Positions 49,156 to 56,841 of a stretch of DNA of 64,000 nt are shown piece by piece; the first letter of the stretch is position 1, and the number at the start of each line of letters is the position of its first letter. Under the pieces are notes generated by a model. It made no database searches, was not told the DNA's origin, and was given only the letters and a program-made list of their open reading frames with translations. The DNA lies in assembly GCA_003132205.1 (NCBI GenBank), contig PKWY01000033.1, positions 90,373 to 154,372 of the forward strand, in the 5' to 3' direction. Source of the stretch: Acidimicrobiaceae bacterium (lineage in GTDB: Bacteria; Actinomycetota; Acidimicrobiia; Acidimicrobiales; RAAP-2). The translations under genes and the position numbers were made by a program.

Positions 49156-49935
49156 TTAAAGAGTGGATCGGACGGCGCCGCCGTCAATATTGATGGCGGT
49201 ACCGGTTGAGAATGATGAGACGGGCGAGGCGAGGAAGGCCACGGTGTCGGCAATCTCCGACGCTTCGGCCCATCGACCAAGCGGAATGTCACGGACCGTT
49301 GCCGCACGTTCCTCATCCTCCGTCGTCGCGTGCTGTACCGACTTGGCCCGCATGATGTCGCGCATTCGGTCGGTGCCGGTCGCGCCCGGCATCACCTGAT
49401 TCACCCGCACCCCGAACGGGGCCAGTTCGAGGGCCAGTTGTTTTGCCAGCGCCGAAACTCCAGAGCGCATTGTCGCCGACAGCACGCCGCCAACTGCGGG
49501 CTGCTTTACCCAGGTGGAAGTCAGAAAGACGATGCTCCCCGATCCCTGCAGGCACATCTGCTGCGCGGCGCGGCGCGACAGTTGTACCGCCGGACGAAGC
49601 AGGGCGGCATACGCCGCTTCCCAGTCCTCGTCAGTCGTTTCGAGTGCGGGCAATATGCGCGGCCCCGGCGTGTTGCTCACGAGGATATCCAACCGGCCAT
49701 GCTCGGCGATGACCCGCTCGACGAGAACAGTGCCCGAACGGTCAAGGGTCAGGTCAGCTGCCTGCTTGGTGACGCCGCTGCCAATTCTTTCGATGGCGTC
49801 GTCAAGGGACGGACCCTCGCGCGAACTGATGACCACCTTCGCGCCTTCGCGAGCGAAGCGTTCCGCAACCGCGAAACCGATTCCCTTGCTCGCCGCGGTG
49901 ACGAGCACCACCTTGTCATCCAGACGCAGGTCCAC
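49156..49935 (-). CDS. SDR family oxidoreductase (GTG start at 49935)
   Basis: TAASKGIG, SNTPGP, LSATMR (atypical, no YxxxK), RVNQVMPG. Confidence 0.88.
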   Translation of the reverse strand: MDLRLDDKVVLVTAASKGIGFAVAERFAREGAKVVISSREGPSLDDAIERIGSGVTKQAADLTLDRSGTVLVERVIAEHGRLDILVSNTPGPRILPALETTDEDWEAAYAALLRPAVQLSRRAAQQMCLQGSGSIVFLTSTWVKQPAVGGVLSATMRSGVSALAKQLALELAPFGVRVNQVMPGATGTDRMRDIMRAKSVQHATTEDEERAATVRDIPLGRWAEASEIADTVAFLASPVSSFSTGTAINIDGGAVRSTL

Positions 49936-49936
49936 G

Positions 49937-50131
49937 TCAGCCCTCGATCCCGATGGCGTTTTCGGCACAGCCCGCGGCGGCATTGCGGGCGGAGTCCTCG
50001 TCACCGGCCGCAACGACGCCGCCATTCAACAGTTGGGCGAAGCCAAACTCGTCAATAACGAAGAGCGATGGGCAGATGTCCGCGCACGCTCCGTAGCCCG
50101 AACACTTGATCGGGTCTAGAAAGACTTTCAT
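49937..50131 (-). CDS. Single-cluster ferredoxin, probably [3Fe-4S]
   Basis: CSGYGAC..CP...C pattern (second Cys position is Tyr); 64 aa; AAGGAG RBS. Confidence 0.88.
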   Translation of the reverse strand: MKVFLDPIKCSGYGACADICPSLFVIDEFGFAQLLNGGVVAAGDEDSARNAAAGCAENAIGIEG

Positions 50132-50141
50132 TACTTCTCCT

Positions 50142-51359
50142 TTAGTTGACGGCAATCGGTTGCGTTGCCCGATCCGATGTGATTATTCTTGAGAAAGTGC
50201 CGGCGAGATTCGCCGCACCGTCGAGAAACGCGCATGCGCCGCGCCCCTGTAGCGCGGTTCCCCAACGAGCCAAGTTCGCCAGGGCATCGGGCTCAGCGCT
50301 GCCTTGACTGAACAGTTCGAGTGTGTCGGCGATGGCCGCGGTTCCCTTCACGCAGACTCCGCACTGCTGAGCGGACTCTTCGACGTACCAGCGGGCCAAC
50401 CGAGCGACCACATCTTCTATCCGCTCGTCGCAGCCGAGCACGGTCACGGCCCCGCAGCCGATGCCCGAGCCCGCAGCGCGCATGGCGTCATAGCACCACG
50501 TCGCCTCGAGCAGCGACGCATCGGCCACTCCCATGAACCACCCACCGGCGAGCACGCCACCTATCCCATTGCTCAATCCTCCGGCGCAGTCCTCGATCAG
50601 ATGTCCCAGCGTGAGTCCGTAGGGCACTTCGTAGACTCCAGGGCGCCGACAGGATCCGCCCAGGGTGACCAGCATTGTTCCGGGTGAGGCACTCGTCCCA
50701 AGTTCGCGGTACGTATCTGCACCGTTCCGCCCGATCCATGCGGCTTGGACCAGGGTCTCGACATTGGAGACGAGAGTCGGTCGTCCGTCGACGCCGGACT
50801 CGAAGGGGCGTGGCGGCTTGGACAGCGGCAGCGCGAGGCCACCGTTGATGGAGCGGCACACCGCGGTCTCCTCACCAGCGACGTACCGGTGTTCAACCAC
50901 GTGAATCTCGACAGCGACGCTGCCCGGTCTTGGCGGCAGCTCCTCCAGAGCCCGTTGCACCGACGACACAGTCTCTGGATGCGAAAGATAGATCACGGCC
51001 CGATCCGCACCGACGACGGCCGCCGCCAGTAGAAGACCGTCAATCACCGCGTGCGGACGGTTGGTCAGCAGCCACCGATCCTTGAAAGACGACGGCTCAC
51101 CCTCCTCGCCGTTGGCCACGACAACACGAGGGGCGCCACCATCACGGACTGCACGCCACTTGCGGTGCGCCGGAAAACCCGATCCACCCCGCCCGCGCAG
51201 TCCCGCCTGTTCGAGTTGGTCGATCAGTCCGCCGGTGACGACCGGCGCGTAGGTTCCGGCCGCGATCTCCTCTTGCAAGCTCAGCGGGCGCGAGCCGGAC
51301 TCGCCGATCACGAACCGGGGCGTCAGGCCCGGGTAGACGTCGGCAAAATGCTCTGTCAT
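50142..51359 (-). CDS. Stand-alone NuoF/Nqo1-like FMN/NADH-binding protein
   Basis: GLRGRGGSGFP..KW, NGEEGEP..FKD, YVAGEETA, NVETL and ESAQQCGVC...GACAF; no other nuo genes nearby. Confidence 0.88.
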   Translation of the reverse strand: MTEHFADVYPGLTPRFVIGESGSRPLSLQEEIAAGTYAPVVTGGLIDQLEQAGLRGRGGSGFPAHRKWRAVRDGGAPRVVVANGEEGEPSSFKDRWLLTNRPHAVIDGLLLAAAVVGADRAVIYLSHPETVSSVQRALEELPPRPGSVAVEIHVVEHRYVAGEETAVCRSINGGLALPLSKPPRPFESGVDGRPTLVSNVETLVQAAWIGRNGADTYRELGTSASPGTMLVTLGGSCRRPGVYEVPYGLTLGHLIEDCAGGLSNGIGGVLAGGWFMGVADASLLEATWCYDAMRAAGSGIGCGAVTVLGCDERIEDVVARLARWYVEESAQQCGVCVKGTAAIADTLELFSQGSAEPDALANLARWGTALQGRGACAFLDGAANLAGTFSRIITSDRATQPIAVN

Positions 51360-52021
51360 GCGCGCGCCTCAACTTCGGCGCTCGCCTCGTCAAACAATGC
51401 CAGGGCTCGGTCGAAGGTGACCACGTCGGCATACTTCGCATTCATGTCGAAGAGATTTGCCTCGTGGGGACCCTGGTGCCGGTCACCGACGCATGATTCG
51501 GGCACCAACGTCGGATAGCCAGCAGTACAGGCGTCGACCACGGTCGCGCGGATGCAGCCAGACGTCGTCGCCCCGGTGATCACGAGAGTGTCGACACGCA
51601 GGGTGGCCAGCAGGCTGGCGAGTCCCGTGCCGGCGAAAGCCGAGGCGGCCCGCTTCACGATCAGTGGCTCCGAGTCCAGACGCCCCAGGCGCGGATCAAT
51701 CGCCACCGCCGGGCTGCCTTCGCTCATGCACCGAAGCCCCGGCATCTTCGCGAGCCAGACGTGACCCTCAAGAGCGTCAGCCGCGAAGGCGATGGTCGTG
51801 AAGATGACCGGATGACCACTGGCGCGGGCTCGCCTCACCAACTCGGCCGTTCGTTCGACCACGTTATCGAGATCGCAGCCCGGTGCCCAGGCATCATCGG
51901 TGAATCCCACCGCCAGGTCAACCACGAGCAGCGCGGGCCGGTGTCCGACGCTAAGTCGGCCACCAATGCCTTTGCTGACGTAGCCTTCGCGCGCATCGTT
52001 GAACCAGGCGGGACTGCTCAC
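51356..52021 (-). CDS. nicF: Isochorismatase-family amidohydrolase, maleamate amidohydrolase-like
   Basis: PALLVVD, K.AASAF.GT, GATTSGCIRAT.VDA and HEANLFDM.AKY; clustered with nicX and maiA. Confidence 0.8.
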   Translation of the reverse strand: MSSPAWFNDAREGYVSKGIGGRLSVGHRPALLVVDLAVGFTDDAWAPGCDLDNVVERTAELVRRARASGHPVIFTTIAFAADALEGHVWLAKMPGLRCMSEGSPAVAIDPRLGRLDSEPLIVKRAASAFAGTGLASLLATLRVDTLVITGATTSGCIRATVVDACTAGYPTLVPESCVGDRHQGPHEANLFDMNAKYADVVTFDRALALFDEASAEVEARA

Positions 52022-52827
52022 GGTGTCCGCCTCGCGGGAGCGATGCCGCGAACGAGCAAACCCGAATCAACGGGAATCACGGTGCCGGTCATTGCAGCTG
52101 ACCCTTCCGCTGAACCGAGCAGCGCGTAGACCGCGCCGTAGTCGCTCAACTCCGGGATGCTGCCGAGAGGGAGGGCATCTTCGGTGCCCGGTAGCACCGC
52201 ATCTTTGGGCGTCTGGCCGAGCGAAGTAAGACCGGCCATCACCGTTGCGGCCACGCCGGGCGCCACCGCATTGATCCGAATATCGGGAGCGAGTTCGTAG
52301 GCGAGTTGACGCACGACGCCCACGACCGCATGCTTGGCCGCGGTATAGAGCACGCCGCCGCCGCCCGGTTGGAACGAAGCGAACGAGGCGGTGAGCACAA
52401 TTCGACCACGTGATGCTCGAAGGTGGGGCAGCGCCGCCTTGATGCCGAGCAGTGTCGAGCCGACGTTGACGCGGAAACTCTCATCGATGGCTGCTTCGAG
52501 CTGCGCTGGATCGATCTCGGCGAGCGAGACGGCTTGGTCGTAGATACCCACGCAGGACACCAACACGTCAAGTGAACCGAATTCGGAAATCACCCGCTCA
52601 ACGAGCCGCTGGTTGGCCGTCCACGTGGACACGTCCGAGCACACCCCTACCAGCTGACCCCCGGCAATGAAATCCGGAAACTCCTGGCTCAAGGCATCGA
52701 CTCGCTCGTTCGACCGATCCGCCGCGACAACGCGAGCTCCCTCTTCGAGGTATCGCCGCACCACCGCCTTGCCGATGCCGCCCGCTCCTCCGAGGACCAA
52801 GCAGGACTGCTCTTTCAACACACCCAT
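52018..52827 (-). CDS. cis-dihydrodiol dehydrogenase (BphB/HcaB-like SDR)
   Basis: GGAGGIG, YTAAKHAVVG.VRQLAYELAP.IR.NAVAPG; directly downstream of the Rieske alpha subunit. Confidence 0.88.
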   Translation of the reverse strand: MGVLKEQSCLVLGGAGGIGKAVVRRYLEEGARVVAADRSNERVDALSQEFPDFIAGGQLVGVCSDVSTWTANQRLVERVISEFGSLDVLVSCVGIYDQAVSLAEIDPAQLEAAIDESFRVNVGSTLLGIKAALPHLRASRGRIVLTASFASFQPGGGGVLYTAAKHAVVGVVRQLAYELAPDIRINAVAPGVAATVMAGLTSLGQTPKDAVLPGTEDALPLGSIPELSDYGAVYALLGSAEGSAAMTGTVIPVDSGLLVRGIAPARRTP

Positions 52828-52837
52828 GACGATCCCG

Positions 52838-54223
52838 TCAATCCTCGTCGAACGTGAGCGCGGGCCACTGACCTGGTTCGGCCTTCATCATGCCAAGGTA
52901 GAACTTGAACAGGTTCCGTTGAACACCCTCCTCGTAGCGAGTCCAAAATGCCTTTCCCGGCCCGGCCCAATCATCTACAGGATGACCAATTCCGATGCCC
53001 GGCATCCCCATTTGATAGTTGAGTTTGAAGTCCAGAACCTCAGCGGCGGTTGAACGCCCGGTTCTAGCAACGGTGATCCATGGTTCGGTGTCGTCCATCT
53101 CGAAAGAGCCGCCCATCGAGAAGGTTCCCAGTCCCGCCCGGTAGCTGCGTTGCTTTTCCTCTTCGGTCATGTTCTTGTAGGCGCAGAACCAGTTCCAGAT
53201 CTCGACCTTTCCTTCGCTGACGGGCTGCCACGTGCGTATCGTCAACACCGCGGTCGGCGGAAAGTTGGCGCCATCTTCGGTCATTGGCAATGCGAGGATG
53301 GAGAAGTTCGGAAAGACGTTTCCGACGAACACGCGCGAACGTCGCGCCACATTGAGCTGATCCTCGCTAATCCTTTCACTGGTGAACGTCTCGGCAACTC
53401 GCTCGGGGTAGCCGAAGAACTTCGGCCCGGGTTCATCGTCGTTCGGGGCCATCGAGAAGGACAACGAGTGTCCCGGTGATGCTTGGATGTGGTATCCCAT
53501 CATGTTGTCCTGGAATGACACCGGGAACGCGCCAATCTCCCACACTGACTTGTGCAGCGTTCCCAGGTGGTAGTCATCACCCGAAAAGTTGTCAGCCCCG
53601 GACTTCCAGTTCGCATCAATAACAAACCGCTGAGGTGCCCCGAGCACCTCGACGCCGTGCTCGTTGAGACCGAAGACCAGGTCCAGATACCAGCCCATGC
53701 CGCCGAGGTAGTCATCGAGCGACGGGGCCGTCGGGTCCAGCGTCGCGAAGATCAGACCGTGCTTGCTCCCCACCTTCGCGGCGCCGGCGAGTCCGTTACT
53801 GGACTTGTCCATGCCGCCAAAGGCGTTCTTCCACAGCGGCGCGCCGATTAGGTTGCCCTTCGTGTCGTAGGTCCAGCCGTGGTACGGACAGCGAAAGTGC
53901 GACGTATTGCCCGAGTCAGCGCGACAGATCTGGACGCCACGGTGTCGACACGCGTCAAAGAGAACGTTGATTTCACCCTGTTCGTCACGTACGACGACGA
54001 AGTTGTCCTCGCCGACCTTTCGCAGGACGTAGTCGCCCTTGGCCGGAATCTCGGATTCGTGCGCCAAGAAGACCCAGCAGCGTCCGAAGACGTTGCGCTT
54101 TTCGCGTTCGTAGATTTCCTTGCTGCCGTAGAGCGACGCCGGCAGCTCACCGACGGGTAGGCCGGCTTCGAGTTGGTCCAGAATTCGCTCTGAGTTGTCA
54201 GTACGGTTGGTAAAGTTCGTCAT
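52838..54223 (-). CDS. Rieske ring-hydroxylating dioxygenase alpha subunit
   Basis: CRHRG...CPYHGW Rieske site; NWK...NF.GDDYH...LH mononuclear Fe site; DDTEPW. Confidence 0.95.
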   Translation of the reverse strand: MTNFTNRTDNSERILDQLEAGLPVGELPASLYGSKEIYEREKRNVFGRCWVFLAHESEIPAKGDYVLRKVGEDNFVVVRDEQGEINVLFDACRHRGVQICRADSGNTSHFRCPYHGWTYDTKGNLIGAPLWKNAFGGMDKSSNGLAGAAKVGSKHGLIFATLDPTAPSLDDYLGGMGWYLDLVFGLNEHGVEVLGAPQRFVIDANWKSGADNFSGDDYHLGTLHKSVWEIGAFPVSFQDNMMGYHIQASPGHSLSFSMAPNDDEPGPKFFGYPERVAETFTSERISEDQLNVARRSRVFVGNVFPNFSILALPMTEDGANFPPTAVLTIRTWQPVSEGKVEIWNWFCAYKNMTEEEKQRSYRAGLGTFSMGGSFEMDDTEPWITVARTGRSTAAEVLDFKLNYQMGMPGIGIGHPVDDWAGPGKAFWTRYEEGVQRNLFKFYLGMMKAEPGQWPALTFDED

Positions 54224-54237
54224 TGTCAGCCTCGCTA

Positions 54238-54753
54238 TTAGAAGAAGATTGAGAGATTGTGCGTTCCGATGGCCGTCATATCCAGAAGAATCCTGCGCTC
54301 GAGCAGTCTTAGGACCCCATCCTCTCTGCGCAGGACGTCATGACGTTCGCCCGACAGTAGCTGTGGCACGACGTTGTCTTGTCGCGTGCGGTAGATGAGC
54401 AGGTTGCTGCGAACCGAAACTGTCCCGTCGTCGTTGGCCACGGGTCGCACGTTGGTGACGAAGTGGCGTATTCGAGATGGCGGATCCTCCGCCCACGCGT
54501 ACGCGCTTTCGTTGCGAGCGACTCGGGAGTTCAAGGAGCCGTAACGTTCATCGAGATGAAACGTTCCTTCAACCCACCCAGCCCCGCGGGCGCGCTCAAC
54601 GGTCTGGCGTAGGGGAAGTTGGTAGACAATGTCGCGACTGACCATGTCCTCCAGCCAGGTGCGTTCCAGACCGTCGTCCAGAAGTTCCGCTTCGCGAAAC
54701 AACCATTCTTTGATCTCCGCTCGAAGATTGACGACCGACTCTTGTGTACTCAT
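54238..54753 (-). CDS. Ring-hydroxylating dioxygenase beta subunit
   Basis: LFREAELLD...W, WAEDPPSRIRHFVTNV, SN.LIYR.R and R.D.LR motifs. Confidence 0.95.
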   Translation of the reverse strand: MSTQESVVNLRAEIKEWLFREAELLDDGLERTWLEDMVSRDIVYQLPLRQTVERARGAGWVEGTFHLDERYGSLNSRVARNESAYAWAEDPPSRIRHFVTNVRPVANDDGTVSVRSNLLIYRTRQDNVVPQLLSGERHDVLRREDGVLRLLERRILLDMTAIGTHNLSIFF

Positions 54754-54817
54754 GTACCCCCCCTATCCTCAAGTAAGAAACAAATTTGAATGCTCATGTC
54801 ACCGACATACTAAACAG

Positions 54818-54833
54818 AAATGAATACAGTTTT
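54818..54833. promoter_or_regulatory. Operator-like motif AAATGAATACAGTTTT upstream of the dioxygenase operon
   Basis: Shares TGAATACAG with 56066-56084; quasi-palindromic. Confidence 0.55.
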
Positions 54834-54962
54834 GGCAACGAGGACCTTGGCGAAGTTCCGACTTCGACCACTCGAACCTTGCGTCCAGTAGCTTCCGGCC
54901 CCGGGGTTCACCGAGCTGCCCGACTTTTCGCGCCGGGTGCGCTCGGTGAACCCCGTTTACTT

Positions 54963-55988
54963 CTACAAGTGGCTCTTCTCGGTCGCGGTCAGTTTGCCAA
55001 AGTTCTTCGCGTTGTACTGGGCGAACGGACCAATGATGGTGGTCTTGGCCGAGGACTCGTTGTTGATGGCGTCCCATGAGAGCGTGCCCAGATTGGTGCC
55101 GGCCGCGCTGTAGGCACTGAAGTCCCAACTGGCGCTTATCTCACCGCTCTTGATCGCAGCGACACCAGGAACGTCAAGTTCCGAGCCGAGGATGATTACT
55201 TTGCCCTTTCGTCCAGCAGCTTTCACGGCCGACGCGGCGCCAATGGCGGACGGATCGTTGTAGCAAATGAAACCTGCCAACTTTGGATAACGAGCAAGCG
55301 CGGCTGAGGCCGGGGCGACAGCGCCCGCAATATTATCGGTGGGGTTATTCACACGCTCGACAACTTTGATCGTGGGGAACTGTTTGGCCACCTGCATTGT
55401 CAGCGCATAGTCCTGATCCAACGCCGCCACTGGCTGGCCGTAGCCAATGTACGCAACTTGGCCCTTGCCCCCTCGGAGATGCGCCTTCAGATACAGGAAA
55501 CGCTGTTTGATAAATGCCTTGTTCGCGTGGGCATCCAGGTACTGACCGGTGAAGGGAGCTGACGGCGCAGTGCCACTCGCTGTCGTTGCCACCGCGTCAT
55601 AACCAATGACTGGGATACCAGCGCTCGCAGCCTGCGTCAAGACAGTGGTGTCAGTTTGTGAATCCAGGGGCCAAATGATTATTGCGCTGACCTTCTCAGT
55701 AATGAAGGTCTGGATGTTCGAAATCTCGGTTGTCGTACTGTAATCAGCCTGCAGCGTCACAACCTTGCAACCTTGCTTGGCCAAGTACGCCGAGGCGCCA
55801 GCTTCCGAATTGGCCAGATAGGTGTTGCCCGCAGTCGGATCAGAGAAACCCACCGTACAACTCGTGGCCGCTTTCGGCGTCGACGAGGCAGCTGAGATAG
55901 ATGCCCAACCAGCGCACGATATAAGCATTAAAGCTCCAGCGGCGAGCACTTTGATTGCTCCTGGAGTACGGACGGTTACACGATTCAT
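54963..55988 (-). CDS. Sugar-type ABC substrate-binding protein (start probably 55988)
   Basis: Signal peptide with possible LISC lipobox; I.TFIT..VSAIIIWP, ND..AIGA..A; PBP type I pattern. Confidence 0.88.
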   Translation of the reverse strand: MNRVTVRTPGAIKVLAAGALMLISCAGWASISAASSTPKAATSCTVGFSDPTAGNTYLANSEAGASAYLAKQGCKVVTLQADYSTTTEISNIQTFITEKVSAIIIWPLDSQTDTTVLTQAASAGIPVIGYDAVATTASGTAPSAPFTGQYLDAHANKAFIKQRFLYLKAHLRGGKGQVAYIGYGQPVAALDQDYALTMQVAKQFPTIKVVERVNNPTDNIAGAVAPASAALARYPKLAGFICYNDPSAIGAASAVKAAGRKGKVIILGSELDVPGVAAIKSGEISASWDFSAYSAAGTNLGTLSWDAINNESSAKTTIIGPFAQYNAKNFGKLTATEKSHL

Positions 55989-56065
55989 GCCAATCCTTTC
56001 GTCAGCCACTACGCAGCGACTGTTTATGGTGAAAACAGATTTCTACTATCTACTATTTAGAACAC

Positions 56066-56108
56066 AAAACTGAATACAGAAGTTAGTGGTCAAGGGGCAA
56101 GTTGTCAA
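56066..56108 (-). promoter_or_regulatory. Putative promoter TTGACA-17-TAACTT followed by operator-like CTGTATTCAG
   Basis: - strand TTGACA at 56108-56103, TAACTT at 56085-56080, CTGTATTCAG at 56079-56070. Confidence 0.55.
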
Positions 56109-56841
56109 GTCTCCAGAGCCCTTTAATTGCAACGATTTACAGAAGTTTTGCCCGACGTCGCGCCTTGGAAGCACTGGTCTTCCCCGAATCTGGACTCAGA
56201 TCTTGGCGCCCTCTCGCCAACTATTGACGTTGGGGCTCGTCAAAATTCACCGACTTTCCTCTTTTGGTTTCCTGTCAGCAACCTTCCGATTTCCTCGAAG
56301 CTTCCCGGCCATTCCCAGCTCTTTCGTCGATGTCTTCTCGAAGGAGCGCTAGCGGCATGTAGTTCTCGACGTCTACGCCTCACTGATTCTCAGATTCAAC
56401 TCCCCCCATTGGCTTCCCATTAGTCGATACTGTCGACGGGGGAAACCTGACATTTCGATGGCCAATTCGATAGCCACGAGATCAGTTCTGACAGAACATC
56501 ATGAAATGGTGAAGGACGGTCTACCACCTCTGACCAGTGAATTTGAAATGGGGCATCCATCTGACTGCCACCGCGAGTTTCTGATCAGGAAGTTGGCGAA
56601 GCGAAAGTTCGGTAAGTGGCGGTGACGTGGATACGCCTCAATTTGAACATTGAGCGATGCCGGGAATTCCTCTTGGAAGTGCCTCCCAAGGTGCCGAGAT
56701 CGAGGTCCCAGTCGGCTTCCAGTCCGAAGTGGCGCCAGTCCTCAAGGGCGCCTTTAACGATGGCCGGCAAGTGCACCAGAGCTCACGATGCTGCTTTTTT
56801 GGCTGAAGGGACCGTGTACGAATCCCTTTCGAGGACGTCAG

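Noticed and set aside
50142-51359. NuoF-like gene as part of respiratory complex I
   Set aside because: There are no nuoE/nuoG or membrane subunits nearby, one N3 Cys is missing, and the gene is embedded in a catabolic operon.
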